Positions 46,450 to 55,341 of a DNA stretch of 64,000 nucleotides are shown piece after piece. The position numbers and the translations under genes were made by a program. Source of the stretch: Escherichia phage mio; the sequence record MN850631.1; one strand, given 5' to 3'. Position 1 is the first letter of the stretch; each line of letters starts with the position of its first letter. The notes beneath the pieces are model-generated. The model made no database searches, was not told the origin of the DNA, and was given only the letters and a program-made list of their open reading frames with translations.

Positions 46450-47796
46450 TTATTTGATAAGAGATTTTAGAGCATTCTGGAGAGCCAGTTTGCGTTGTTC
46501 AGCGGTGTCTTCGGAAGCATTCTTAGCTGGTTCTTTTTCTTCTTCAACCAAATCAGCTTCGCCGTCATTACCCACCTCTTCCATAGCGTTGGAATGTTCA
46601 AGAACAGCACCAGCAGTTTCTTTCAGCTTGGTAATTTCTGATTCTTTTTCTTCCATTGCAGAAGCATGGGACGCGATAGTTTCATTAAGTTTCTGGTTAG
46701 CACCTTCCATAGCATTCATAAACAGAACACTCAGAGGGTTATCAAGACCAGCACCTAAAATAGTCGTTGCAGCTTCTTTTGCATCAAATCCAAAAGCTTC
46801 AGCAGAAGCAGAAATCTTATTAGTCAAATCTGACAAAGCAGCTTCCTGTTCTTTAGCTTTCATTTGAGCAACCTGAAGACGCAAAGCTTCTAGTTCTTGC
46901 TTTTCTTGTTCAGTCATTTCTTCACCTGAATTGTTAACGTTTAAACTTACAGGAGCCTCTTCAGAACCTTGTAAGTAATTTAAGAAATCATCTTGAGACA
47001 TGATTGAGTTAATTAAACCAAGTTCAAGAGCTTCCTGAGCAGAATAAACATTCGCCTCAGTATTCTTTACAGCTTCTTCAGAGAGATTACGAGATTCGGC
47101 TACAAAACCTGTAAAGGTTGCGTATGTATCATTAATTCTCTTTTGAAGTCTTTCTTTGCTTTCTTCTGAAAGTGCTTGGAATGGTGAACCCATACCTTTA
47201 AACTCACCAGCTTTGATGACGTTAATTGTCACGCCATTCTTTTCAAATGCTTTAGTTAATTCCTGATGAACCATAATTACACCAATAGAACCAACATCTG
47301 CATCTGGTGATGCAATAATTTCTTCAGCAGAAGATGCAAGAGCATATGCAGCGGAACAAGCGAACTCATCTACATAAGCAATAATTTTCTTTTGGCCTCT
47401 TGAAGCCATAATGTGACGTGCTAATTCAAAGCAACCTGAAGCTTCACCACCACCAGAATCGATGTGCAGAACAATAGTCTTGATTGACTCATCTGCTAAA
47501 GCTTCGTCAAAGCCTCTACGCAAACCTTCATAAGAGCTTAATCCACCTGTACACATTGCATCAATGAATGTCATACGATGGGTTAAACCACCCATAATAG
47601 GGATAATAGCAATGTCATCTTTCACTTTTAAAAGACTTCTTGCTTCACCTTTGGGTTTATCAAAGTTTACTGCTGCTTGGACATCACCCAGCAATCTGTT
47701 ATTCACATAAGTTGCTGCTGAGTGAGCTAATGATTCAGTGGCTAGTAAAGGTTGGTTGAATAATCTATCAGCAAGTCTGAAGATATTCGAACTCAT
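46450..47796 (-). CDS. prohead protease (ClpP/S49-like) fused to scaffold-like coiled-coil
   Basis: 448 aa; N-terminal half has S49/ClpP-like segment TIVLHIDSGGGEASGCFELARHIMA; C-terminal half is a charged coiled-coil. Confidence 0.6.
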   Translation of the reverse strand: MSSNIFRLADRLFNQPLLATESLAHSAATYVNNRLLGDVQAAVNFDKPKGEARSLLKVKDDIAIIPIMGGLTHRMTFIDAMCTGGLSSYEGLRRGFDEALADESIKTIVLHIDSGGGEASGCFELARHIMASRGQKKIIAYVDEFACSAAYALASSAEEIIASPDADVGSIGVIMVHQELTKAFEKNGVTINVIKAGEFKGMGSPFQALSEESKERLQKRINDTYATFTGFVAESRNLSEEAVKNTEANVYSAQEALELGLINSIMSQDDFLNYLQGSEEAPVSLNVNNSGEEMTEQEKQELEALRLQVAQMKAKEQEAALSDLTNKISASAEAFGFDAKEAATTILGAGLDNPLSVLFMNAMEGANQKLNETIASHASAMEEKESEITKLKETAGAVLEHSNAMEEVGNDGEADLVEEEKEPAKNASEDTAEQRKLALQNALKSLIK

Positions 47797-47807
47797 TTTT
47801 ACTCACC

Positions 47808-48140
47808 CTATTTGTTTAAATCTACAGAGACTGAAGAGATAACATAGATACCTTCTTCAGCAAAGAATTGAGGTTTGCTAAGAGCACCAGTTGCCACGCA
47901 TTTATCGTTAGCATCCCACAAGCTATAGTGTGAGACCGTTGCAGAAGCTGGAACAGTAATATTAACTGTGTCTTCTGAGGCAATTAAGCCATTATCCGGT
48001 TCAGAAAAATAAATAGCCACTGGCTGAGTAACCTTATTTGCTGTAGGGTCTGCCGTTGGGTCTACATTGTGTAAAATAATAGTCGTTGGGGTTAGCGTGG
48101 CGAGGATTTTATTCTTACCATCAATAGTTAATGTTCCCAT
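47808..48140 (-). CDS. hypothetical protein
   Basis: 110 aa. Confidence 0.3.
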   Translation of the reverse strand: MGTLTIDGKNKILATLTPTTIILHNVDPTADPTANKVTQPVAIYFSEPDNGLIASEDTVNITVPASATVSHYSLWDANDKCVATGALSKPQFFAEEGIYVISSVSVDLNK

Positions 48141-48640
48141 TAATTAAACCTTACTTTTTGTTTAAGGACTGTTGAATGGTTACCAGATTCATCTACCACA
48201 TTTACAATCATATCATAAACTTTACCTTTGACAAGTACTTTGTAATCATTTTGTGAAAAAATGTACTCAAGTCTGTTTGTTTCTTTATTAACTGTCATTG
48301 GAGATTGAAATGCAGTGTCGAGGGTAATGAAAGCGGCTTCAATGCTATTAACATTGATACGTTTATTCTCGCAGTTATATAACTTTACACCCAAAAGGCA
48401 TGAACTGTCAAATGGAATTTTAACAATTTCACTACAATTTCCTGAAATAAACGGTTTTCCACTCATTGGAGCATCAAGTAACCTGCAAATAGTGAAAACG
48501 TTAGAGGCTCCACCATCACTTACATAACCTGAAAGGCTGACCCTTGAGCCAGCCTCTACAGATAACTTATCAGTAATGATAAGAACACCTCTATACGAAT
48601 GCACTCGCGTAGCATTTGAAATAGAGATAACTTCAGCCAT
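48140..48640 (-). CDS. hypothetical protein
   Basis: 166 aa. Confidence 0.3.
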   Translation of the reverse strand: MAEVISISNATRVHSYRGVLIITDKLSVEAGSRVSLSGYVSDGGASNVFTICRLLDAPMSGKPFISGNCSEIVKIPFDSSCLLGVKLYNCENKRINVNSIEAAFITLDTAFQSPMTVNKETNRLEYIFSQNDYKVLVKGKVYDMIVNVVDESGNHSTVLKQKVRFN

Positions 48641-50115
48641 TATTTATTTGCCTTATTTGCTGTGCTTGGGTCTTTCGCTGAAGGTGTCTTTGCAGTACCT
48701 TCTCCAGCGGTCTTATAACCATCTCCTGAACGGCTTTGGCTATTTGGAGAAAGCTTTTCAGATACTGGTTGAGACTCATCAGCAGGAGGAAGACCGATAT
48801 GCTCTCTAAGCTTGTTAGATAGCTCTTTGTCAACTTCCAAAGCACCTACTGCAACAGTCTTCTGGATATAAGAACCAATTGCTTCAAGGTCTGGAGTTTC
48901 GATATCATCATATGTGATTTGTACATGTTCTTCATCGTCCCACATATTAAGAGCATAAGTCTGTGCAACTAAATCACGGTTAATTACGTTCTTAATTTGC
49001 TTCAGCAGGATATCTACCGACATCGCTAGTAAGCTTGTCTTAGAATCTGCAAGAGAGAATGAACCGTATTTTGACTGACCCATAGCAAGAACATCTGACA
49101 TAAATGCCATCATAATCTGCTTGGAATATCTGTCAATAATAGAACCTGTATCGTATGCTTTAGCACCCTGTCTAGAAACTAATGAGAACTCAAAAATATC
49201 CTCTTTAGTATCTGGGTCGATATATCTAGGCCAGATTAAACCTGCTCTGTCATTAGCAATCATATCGTTAACAACAGTTTTGCAGTATTGTACGAAAGCT
49301 TTCTTTTCAGGTTCTGCATTTTCATCCAGATAATCTGGTGGTAAACCAATCTTTGGCATACCTACCAAGTCTCTTGAAACACCAACAGCTTCATACTCTT
49401 CAATCTGTACTTTATATTTCCACGGTACATAAGCATTAAGTAATGGTGAACGACCTTCTGGGTTTCCATATTCATCGTCATACTTAAACAGCATGAATTT
49501 AGCTCGTGGAAGTTTTCTTGTCAGTGGTCTTTCTCCGAGATTAATTGCTCCAGCAATATGTGAAACATTTCTCAGATTCTGTCTAACACCAGTAACTTTT
49601 CTAAAGTCTTCGTCAAAATACCACTTATCAAGTGTTGATTGGTTTCTGATTGGCAATTTAGCCCATCCGATTAAACCATCATCGAATTTCGATTGGTACT
49701 TTCCTTTCTTACCCTGACGCTTCTTATAAACTTTTTCGTTAACACAGAATCCATAAGTGCAGAATGACATTACAGAGTTAATAAAATCTGCCCAATCATG
49801 CTCCATGTCATCCATTAAAGAATTAAAGAAGTCTGCTCTTTCAAGCATTTTAGGGTCTTGCTCTTTTCCCTTTGGAGGTACAAATCTCCAGTTGACTTTT
49901 CTGACAAACATCTTAATAATATTTACAGATGCTGCTACAGCAGGGTCACGCATCATTAATTGGAAAGTTTTAATACTTTCAGGGAACCTTAGTGCCTGAC
50001 GAGGTTCTTCATAGATTCTTCCATTCTTAACCTTCAGACCCAAAGAACCTACTTCACCCATTCTAAATGGTGGTAAGCTTTCTTGTGTTTCTGTAATATC
50101 TGCCATTCTTCTCAC
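48640..50115 (-). CDS. portal protein
   Basis: 491 aa; located directly downstream of large terminase. Confidence 0.5.
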   Translation of the reverse strand: MRRMADITETQESLPPFRMGEVGSLGLKVKNGRIYEEPRQALRFPESIKTFQLMMRDPAVAASVNIIKMFVRKVNWRFVPPKGKEQDPKMLERADFFNSLMDDMEHDWADFINSVMSFCTYGFCVNEKVYKKRQGKKGKYQSKFDDGLIGWAKLPIRNQSTLDKWYFDEDFRKVTGVRQNLRNVSHIAGAINLGERPLTRKLPRAKFMLFKYDDEYGNPEGRSPLLNAYVPWKYKVQIEEYEAVGVSRDLVGMPKIGLPPDYLDENAEPEKKAFVQYCKTVVNDMIANDRAGLIWPRYIDPDTKEDIFEFSLVSRQGAKAYDTGSIIDRYSKQIMMAFMSDVLAMGQSKYGSFSLADSKTSLLAMSVDILLKQIKNVINRDLVAQTYALNMWDDEEHVQITYDDIETPDLEAIGSYIQKTVAVGALEVDKELSNKLREHIGLPPADESQPVSEKLSPNSQSRSGDGYKTAGEGTAKTPSAKDPSTANKANK

Positions 50116-50122
50116 CTAGCTA

Positions 50123-51739
50123 TCAACGTCTAAGCCCCTCATATGGGTTTCCTCTCACTAAGTCTGTGTGAGCACCCATTGATGGTGGCTTGAATAATTT
50201 AACTTCGTTAAGACTGTTGAAAGCATCACTGGTAGCATCCACTTGGTCATCTTTAGTTTTGCCATCACCACAAAAGCCTTCAAGCTCTTGGAAATAAGCT
50301 TCGTTCCAACTACCTCTCAAAACTTTTACAAGTCCAGCTTCAGAAGCAGCAGAAAACCCCGCAAATCGGGTAACTTTATCTTTATTGGTTGGTTTAGCTC
50401 TTGCACGATAGCCTTTCTCGGCAAGTTTCCTGATGAGGGATGTTGCGTAGGATTTACCAGCAGCGCCTGGGTCTTGAGGGATAAAAATACCAGTTCGCTT
50501 ACCGTCACTTTCAGCAGTCAAATTAATTTGTGTTTCGACTCCAGAGGGTCTATCTCTAAATCTTACTACATCAATGATATAATAGCAACCGTCTTTTTTA
50601 GATTTACCCATCTTAACACCTGCTGTCCAGTCTGGATTAGGGTTAATTTCAGATGGTAAAGTTGCTGCTAAGTCCCATGCTCTAACATCAAATACATCCT
50701 CTGGGAGTGAATCAACAATTTCACACCATTGTCTTTGCCAATAGTTTGAACCTTCTGCACGTGCCTTCCAGTTACCGAAACGAAGTCTTGCAACGTTTAC
50801 AGGGGTGTTGTTTTCCAACTTACCACGGTACTTGGGTTCTAAGAAGTCAAGAATTGGGTTATCATCAATCGTACCAGAGATGAAGGTGTATGTTTGAGGA
50901 ATCTCAAGAGGGAACATTTCAAGAATCTTATCTCTCTCCCAATCAGAAACCATCACACCATCATTCATTACATACCAACGAATACGACCACACTTTTCAG
51001 GGTCTGGATAACCTTCTTCATCTAAGAATGGTTCTACCCAATCATAAATAAAGTGGTCTCTGTCTGGGTTCATGGAAATCTTCATATATGAATCACCTTC
51101 AGCCCCAGAACGTAGACGGGTTTGTAGGTATGAAATCTGTGAAGCAGAGAAGTGTGTACCTTCGTCAAAGTAAATAGCTGAGTATTCAATACCCTGATGA
51201 CCTTCAGCGTGCTTTTCAAGTTCTAGATAGGTGAACTTGATAGTCGCCCCAGAAGGGAATGTGATAGTCATTTTCTGCTCGTGAGGAATCCCACCAAACT
51301 TACCAAATAGTTTCTTTGCAGCAGGCCATAAACCACCTTGTAACTGTGTTGTGTTTCGACGGAAATACACAGCATTATAGTTAGGGTCTTCAATAAATCT
51401 TAAAGAGTCCATTAACAATGCAGCAGTCTTACCAGCACCAGCAGCACCACCATAGAGAACCAAGTCAGCATTAGTGTTTAAAAAGACCTCTTGAGAACCC
51501 GGCTGAGGGGCTACATAGTTCTTATCAGTCATCAACTTAAAGATAAGGCGAACTTGGTCTGGTGTGTATCTTAATAAAGTCAGAATTTGAGTTGGAAGGA
51601 ATTTAGAGGGGTCTTTACCGAATGATTTGATAATTTCTTTTACTTCATCAGAAAGCCCCAACTCTCCAGCTAGGACTTTCCTAACATCTTCCACTCGCTT
51701 CTGCTTAACAGCATTTAAGTCCATTAAGCGCCTCCGCAA
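50123..51739 (-). CDS. terminase large subunit
   Basis: 538 aa; Walker A LYGGAAGAGKTAALL and Walker B-like AIYFDEGTH; C-terminal acidic nuclease-like region. Confidence 0.7.
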   Translation of the reverse strand: MRRRLMDLNAVKQKRVEDVRKVLAGELGLSDEVKEIIKSFGKDPSKFLPTQILTLLRYTPDQVRLIFKLMTDKNYVAPQPGSQEVFLNTNADLVLYGGAAGAGKTAALLMDSLRFIEDPNYNAVYFRRNTTQLQGGLWPAAKKLFGKFGGIPHEQKMTITFPSGATIKFTYLELEKHAEGHQGIEYSAIYFDEGTHFSASQISYLQTRLRSGAEGDSYMKISMNPDRDHFIYDWVEPFLDEEGYPDPEKCGRIRWYVMNDGVMVSDWERDKILEMFPLEIPQTYTFISGTIDDNPILDFLEPKYRGKLENNTPVNVARLRFGNWKARAEGSNYWQRQWCEIVDSLPEDVFDVRAWDLAATLPSEINPNPDWTAGVKMGKSKKDGCYYIIDVVRFRDRPSGVETQINLTAESDGKRTGIFIPQDPGAAGKSYATSLIRKLAEKGYRARAKPTNKDKVTRFAGFSAASEAGLVKVLRGSWNEAYFQELEGFCGDGKTKDDQVDATSDAFNSLNEVKLFKPPSMGAHTDLVRGNPYEGLRR

Positions 51740-51745
51740 ATAGAA

Positions 51746-51946
51746 TTATTCAGAGTCTGTCGCAGTCTCTTCTTTCTTAACTTCGAACTTTGCATCAACA
51801 GCATCAAGAAGTGCATCCATAGATGCTTCTTTAATATCAATACCTGTTGCTACAGATAATCTATCTGCGATTGCCATGATAGTATTCTGCATAAACTCTA
51901 ACTTCTTGTTAGCTTCATAAAGTTCTTTATAAACGGTCTCGCTCAT
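51746..51946 (-). CDS. hypothetical small protein
   Basis: 66 aa upstream of terminase, RBS GGAG. Confidence 0.35.
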   Translation of the reverse strand: MSETVYKELYEANKKLEFMQNTIMAIADRLSVATGIDIKEASMDALLDAVDAKFEVKKEETATDSE

Positions 51947-51982
51947 TATGTTTTCTCCAAATAACTAACCATGTTTCTCCTT

Positions 51983-52006
51983 AAAAAAGACGGCACGGAG
52001 ACCGTC
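51983..52006 (-). terminator. rho-independent terminator at the distal end of the tRNA array
   Basis: Minus-strand GACGG-TCTCCGTG-CCGTC followed by TTTTTT (plus-strand A-run 51983-51988); nested inside a 10-bp inverted repeat GTTTCTCCTT/AAGGAGAAAC. Confidence 0.5.
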
Positions 52007-52168
52007 AAGGAGAAACCACAATGTACGTCAGAGACATACTGTATAAGTCTTCCTATAAAGTATAGCTCTGTAAAAAAGCCCTGTCTAAAAATACTCTTCG
52101 GTAGCGAAAGGAAGAATACTTATAGCAGGGCATTATTATTATTTTAATTGAGAGAGAGTAAAATAAAT

Positions 52169-52244
52169 TGGAGAATCCGAAGGGACTCGAACCCTTATAA
52201 ACCTGTTTTGCAGACAGGCACATATCCATTTCTGTCACGGATTC
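52169..52244 (-). tRNA. tRNA-Cys (anticodon GCA)
   Basis: 76 nt, hand-folded cloverleaf; acceptor GAATCCG/CGGATTC, anticodon loop CTGCAAA, T-arm GGGTTCGAGTCCC, encoded CCA. Confidence 0.7.
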
Positions 52245-52248
52245 AAAT

Positions 52249-52341
52249 TGGAGGAAGATACCAGACTTGAACTGGTACACCGATTTCTCAGCTACTGGCA
52301 GTTTAGCAAACTGCTCCCTTACCTTTTAGGGTTAATCTTCC
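52249..52341 (-). tRNA. tRNA-Ser (anticodon GCU), type II
   Basis: 93 nt; acceptor GGAAGAT/ATCTTCC, anticodon loop TTGCTAA, long variable arm, encoded CCA. Confidence 0.6.
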
Positions 52342-52342
52342 A

Positions 52343-53077
52343 TTATTTCTGTAATGCGCTCTTCATTTCTGGTGTTGCAATAGTATCAATCACACCAGTT
52401 TTACAAGCATCATCAAACCAGTCTGGTAAGATACCTGCTAAGAACCCATTGATATTCGTTTTAAGGTACTCTGCAATAAGGGCAGCTTCTTCTTCAATCA
52501 TCTGCACAACTTCATCTGCATAAGCTGTAATCTTTGAGATACCTTCATTAATCTTACTAACAGCCTGATTAGCTAAATCAGAAACAGTATCAAGACCCTT
52601 ATCAATAGCGTCTTGTAAGTCACTTAACACACCATTAACACTATCTAGTGTGCTGTTAATCATGTCAATAGCTTTTTGACCATATTCTGTAGCAACACCC
52701 ATAATACCACTGAATGGTGTACAACCAACTTGTTCTCCTGCTGCACCCATAACATTGGAATAACCCTTTGCTACCTGCATACGTGATGAAAACTCATCAA
52801 TAGATTTTTGACCATAGTCTGTTAGGGTCTTAGTAGTTGCTGTAGTGCTTGTCAGACTTGTTGTAAAGCTGTTTAGAAGGACTGTTGTAAGTCCAGCAGC
52901 AACAAGTTTCTCCTGCATTGTAGGGTCTGTTACAGAGCTAATAGAGCTTACAAGTGATGTAGAGGCAGCTACGGTTCCACCGAGAACTGCTGCACCAGTA
53001 ATAAGTGGGTTAGAAAACCCTTTACCGGTTTTTAAGAGATTAAAAATCTCCTTACCTTGTTCTGTCATCTCTTTCAT
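52343..53077 (-). CDS. hypothetical protein embedded in the tRNA array
   Basis: ORF 52343..53140 trimmed to internal ATG 53077 because the upstream part overlaps tRNA-Phe; Thr/Ser/Ala-rich. Confidence 0.35.
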   Translation of the reverse strand: MKEMTEQGKEIFNLLKTGKGFSNPLITGAAVLGGTVAASTSLVSSISSVTDPTMQEKLVAAGLTTVLLNSFTTSLTSTTATTKTLTDYGQKSIDEFSSRMQVAKGYSNVMGAAGEQVGCTPFSGIMGVATEYGQKAIDMINSTLDSVNGVLSDLQDAIDKGLDTVSDLANQAVSKINEGISKITAYADEVVQMIEEEAALIAEYLKTNINGFLAGILPDWFDDACKTGVIDTIATPEMKSALQK

Positions 53078-53093
53078 TAAGCACCTTTGAAAT

Positions 53094-53169
53094 TGGTAGT
53101 CCAGTGGGATTTGAACCCTCTTCTCATGTTTTTCAGACACGCGCTTTAACCATATAAGCTACTTGGACT
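53094..53169 (-). tRNA. tRNA-Phe (anticodon GAA)
   Basis: 76 nt; anticodon stem CGTGT/ACATG, loop CTGAAAA; T-loop GGTTCAAATCC; CCA encoded. Confidence 0.6.
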
Positions 53170-53175
53170 ATAAAT

Positions 53176-53251
53176 TGGGGTGACCTACGGGAGTCGAACC
53201 CGTATAGACCATGTTCACAGCATGGGTCATTGCCATTTATGATAAGGCCAC
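53176..53251 (-). tRNA. tRNA-His (anticodon GUG)
   Basis: 76 nt; anticodon stem CCATG/CATGG, loop CTGTGAA; T-loop GGTTCGACTCC; CCA encoded. Confidence 0.7.
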
Positions 53252-53282
53252 ATTTAAGGACTCTCGTAAGAACCCTTAGAAG

Positions 53283-53358
53283 TGGCAGCGGCATAAGGAT
53301 TTGAACCTTAATAGGACAGCTTCAGAGACTGCTGCATTGCCAGTTATGCTATACCGCT
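53283..53358 (-). tRNA. tRNA-Gln (anticodon CUG)
   Basis: 76 nt; D-stem GCAT/ATGC, anticodon loop CTCTGAA, T-stem TAAGG/CCTTA; CCA encoded. Confidence 0.55.
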
Positions 53359-53363
53359 AAATT

Positions 53364-53434
53364 TGGTACTCCATATCGGATTCGAACCGATACATAACAC
53401 AGATTTTAAGTCTGGCCTCTCTGCCAATTGGAGT
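53364..53434 (-). tRNA. tRNA, anticodon UAA (Leu-type anticodon on a short class-I scaffold)
   Basis: 71 nt; T-arm ATCGG-TTCGAAT-CCGAT, anticodon loop CTTAAAA, no long variable arm, A at discriminator; atypical. Confidence 0.4.
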
Positions 53435-53444
53435 AATGGAGCAT

Positions 53445-53519
53445 TGGCGGGGGATGTTGGAATTGAACCAACTTCTTCGATTTCAAAGACCGAGGTTTTA
53501 ACCTTGTAAACTAATCCCC
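53445..53519 (-). tRNA. tRNA-Gln (anticodon UUG)
   Basis: 75 nt; anticodon stem TCGGT/ATCGA, loop CTTTGAA; T-arm GTTGG-TTCAATT-CCAAC; acceptor has two mismatches. Confidence 0.5.
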
Positions 53520-53528
53520 TTTAAATCT

Positions 53529-54086
53529 TTACTTTCTCAGTGGATGAATAAAGAATGCCAACATAACTCTTTCCCTTGAGAATGCTCTTTCTTCTGGGAC
53601 AACACTTTTTAGTTTCCATCCAACATAAATTCTCCAGTAAAACTGTTTACCAAAGACTTTAATTGATGGGATAAAAGCGAATAATCCCCAAGCATTACTG
53701 TTCCACATTAGGAGATAACCAGTCTGATTATCTTCAGGGTCAGAACTTACGTTGATATTACCTTTCCACTTAGTAACATCTTTTACATCTCTTCCTAACA
53801 CATGGTAAGAGAAGTTATAAGCTTTGTTTCTCCAGAGCCATCCAACTCTCTGCAAATAGACACCCAGCTTACCAATCTTTCTAATCTTAGCCCATCTTTT
53901 AACGTGGCCTTCGTCACCATCAATCGGGTTGTCGTAGGTTTCCATCCATCTGAATCCAAAAGGTAGGTGTCCTTTCTTCTCACTGTAGAATGGAACTACG
54001 AAAGGTGCTAAGATGACTGCTAGGGTTGCTGCAAATGGCTCTAGTAAAGCTAGGAAAATCCATGAAGCATACTTCAAATATCTCAT
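53529..54086 (-). CDS. hypothetical membrane protein embedded in the tRNA array
   Basis: 185 aa; N-terminal hydrophobic segment WIFLALLEPFAATLAVILAPFVVPF, Trp/Lys/Arg-rich remainder. Confidence 0.35.
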   Translation of the reverse strand: MRYLKYASWIFLALLEPFAATLAVILAPFVVPFYSEKKGHLPFGFRWMETYDNPIDGDEGHVKRWAKIRKIGKLGVYLQRVGWLWRNKAYNFSYHVLGRDVKDVTKWKGNINVSSDPEDNQTGYLLMWNSNAWGLFAFIPSIKVFGKQFYWRIYVGWKLKSVVPEERAFSRERVMLAFFIHPLRK

Positions 54087-54105
54087 CTAAATAGCCTCTT
54101 AAAAT

Positions 54106-54183
54106 TGGTGTTCCAAGACGGATTCGAACCGTCACTAATACAAGGTTTGAGCTTGCATCCTCTGCCAATTGGGATACTGGAAC
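54106..54183 (-). tRNA. tRNA, anticodon CAA (Leu-type anticodon on class-I scaffold)
   Basis: 78 nt; T-arm GACGG-TTCGAAT-CCGTC, anticodon loop CTCAAAC with extended stem; short variable region; atypical. Confidence 0.4.
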
Positions 54184-54184
54184 A

Positions 54185-54259
54185 TGGTACTCACTAAAGG
54201 ACTTGAACCTTTTTCTTCATCTTGTAAGGGTGATGTTTTACCATATAAACTAAGCGAGT
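54185..54259 (-). tRNA. tRNA-Val (anticodon UAC)
   Basis: 75 nt; D-stem GTTT/AAAC, anticodon loop CTTACAA, T-arm AAAGG-TTCAAGT-CCTTT; CCA encoded. Confidence 0.65.
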
Positions 54260-54354
54260 GTGAAAGAGGTCTGAAGTTGTGCCGCTAACTCAACTCCGTG
54301 GAATTTGTTACGGTCTTCAGTTGACACAAGCGGTCTTTCACTTGACCTCTGAAT

Positions 54355-54431
54355 TGGTGCTGCTCACAGGACTCGAACCTGCATTTCCATCCTTACAAGG
54401 GATGTGTAATAGCCAATTATACGAAAGCAGC
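54355..54431 (-). tRNA. tRNA-Thr (anticodon UGU)
   Basis: 77 nt; anticodon stem CATCC/GGATG, loop CTTGTAA; T-loop GGTTCGAGTCC; CCA encoded. Confidence 0.65.
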
Positions 54432-54438
54432 ATTAATT

Positions 54439-54513
54439 TGGAGCATCCAGAGGGAATCGAACCCTCAACCTCAGTTTGGAAGACTGTAATTTTCCCGTTT
54501 AAACTATGGATGC
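54439..54513 (-). tRNA. tRNA-Gly (anticodon UCC)
   Basis: 75 nt; anticodon stem CAGT/ACTG, loop CTTCCAA; T-arm GAGGG-TTCGATT-CCCTC; CCA encoded. Confidence 0.65.
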
Positions 54514-54519
54514 ACTAAT

Positions 54520-54595
54520 TGGTGGAGAAGCAGGGAATTGAACCCTGTACTTAAGTTTGCAAAACTTATGTTTTAACCATGTAAACTACATCCCC
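54520..54595 (-). tRNA. tRNA-Ala (anticodon UGC)
   Basis: 76 nt; anticodon loop TTTGCAA; G3-U70 wobble in acceptor stem (classic Ala identity element); CCA encoded. Confidence 0.65.
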
Positions 54596-54601
54596 GATAT
54601 C

Positions 54602-54677
54602 TGGTACAGGTGGAGGGAATTGAACCCATCGTCTTACTGATTAAGAGTCAGCCGCATAACCATTTTGCTACACCTGC
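54602..54677 (-). tRNA. tRNA-Lys (anticodon CUU)
   Basis: 76 nt; anticodon loop CTCTTAA; near-duplicate scaffold of the UUU Lys tRNA at 56281-56356; CCA encoded. Confidence 0.55.
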
Positions 54678-54684
54678 ATTAATT

Positions 54685-54762
54685 TGGTAGGAGACAAGGG
54701 ATTCGAACCCTCAAACATCTCGTTCTAAGCGAGATAGGTTTACCAATTACCATCAATCTCCC
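54685..54762 (-). tRNA. tRNA, anticodon UAG (Leu-type anticodon on class-I scaffold)
   Basis: 78 nt; anticodon stem TCTCG/CGAGA, loop CTTAGAA; T-loop GGTTCGAATCC; atypical D region. Confidence 0.4.
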
Positions 54763-54843
54763 ATTAAATCTTTTTAGAGAACTTCTAAGAACCTAAGCAA
54801 CAAGGTTCCACAACAAGCTGTAATAACCTTAGAAGCCCTCTAA

Positions 54844-54864
54844 AAAGACCTAAAAAAGGTCTTT
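54844..54864 (-). terminator. terminator-like hairpin inside the tRNA array
   Basis: AAGACC-(T)6A-GGTCTT hairpin; U-run follows on the minus strand; weak. Confidence 0.3.
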
Positions 54865-55018
54865 GCATAGTCTTGTTTAATCCGGTGACTAGAACCTTTG
54901 GAGAGCTTGATATTATCTCTTCTCCGTGACACCTACTAGGTGCTTTATTAGTGTGTACGACAACACACGAGGGATACCAAAGCAACATCCTAATGAAGCT
55001 TGGCTTTAAATCTTATTA

Positions 55019-55108
55019 GGCGGTAAGTAAAGGAGTCGAACCCTCACCGTATCTCTACAGTGGCAACAGTTTTCAAGACTGTTTGGCTGCCATTAGCCGC
55101 TACCTACC
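55019..55108 (-). tRNA. tRNA-Ser (anticodon UGA), type II
   Basis: About 88 nt; anticodon stem ACAGT/ACTGT, loop CTTGAAA; long variable arm; 3' CCA not encoded (CCT). Confidence 0.55.
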
Positions 55109-55121
55109 CCTAATAAGACTT

Positions 55122-55204
55122 TGGCATGGGACGGAGGAGTTGAACCCCTTTGAAACGGTTTTGGAGGCCGTTGCTCATGCCTTAGAGTCTTAACATCGTC
55201 CCAC
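55122..55204 (-). tRNA. tRNA-Trp-like (anticodon CCA), atypical 83 nt
   Basis: Acceptor GTGGGAC/GTCCCAT, anticodon loop CTCCAAA, T-loop GGGTTCAACTCC; enlarged D region. Confidence 0.4.
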
Positions 55205-55341
55205 ACTATAATTCGAAGCTTACCGTATTATCTCAACACTGTAAAGCCCCTTCTCAGATTATTTACATGTTCTGGAAAACATGAGATACAGACCACCTCC
55301 CTACAGGAAGACCCGCTTAGGTCGTCTAAGTAATCTGCTAA

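Noticed and set aside
52063-52132. Second terminator candidate GCCCTG ... CAGGGC followed by a U-run on the minus strand
   Set aside because: Stem arms are separated by about 45 nt, so it is not a compact intrinsic terminator; the compact hairpin at 51983..52006 is the better call.
52343-53140. Full-length 265-aa version of the ORF at 52343..53140
   Set aside because: Its first 21 codons overlap tRNA-Phe (53094..53169); trimmed to the internal ATG at 53077.
54279-54518. Plus-strand ORFs overlapping the tRNA array (54279..54518, 56409..56639, 56991..57230, 57145..57396)
   Set aside because: Each is antisense to one or more well-formed tRNAs and reads through T-loop-derived codons (EPS, GIEPS); these are open frames created by tRNA sequence, not genes.
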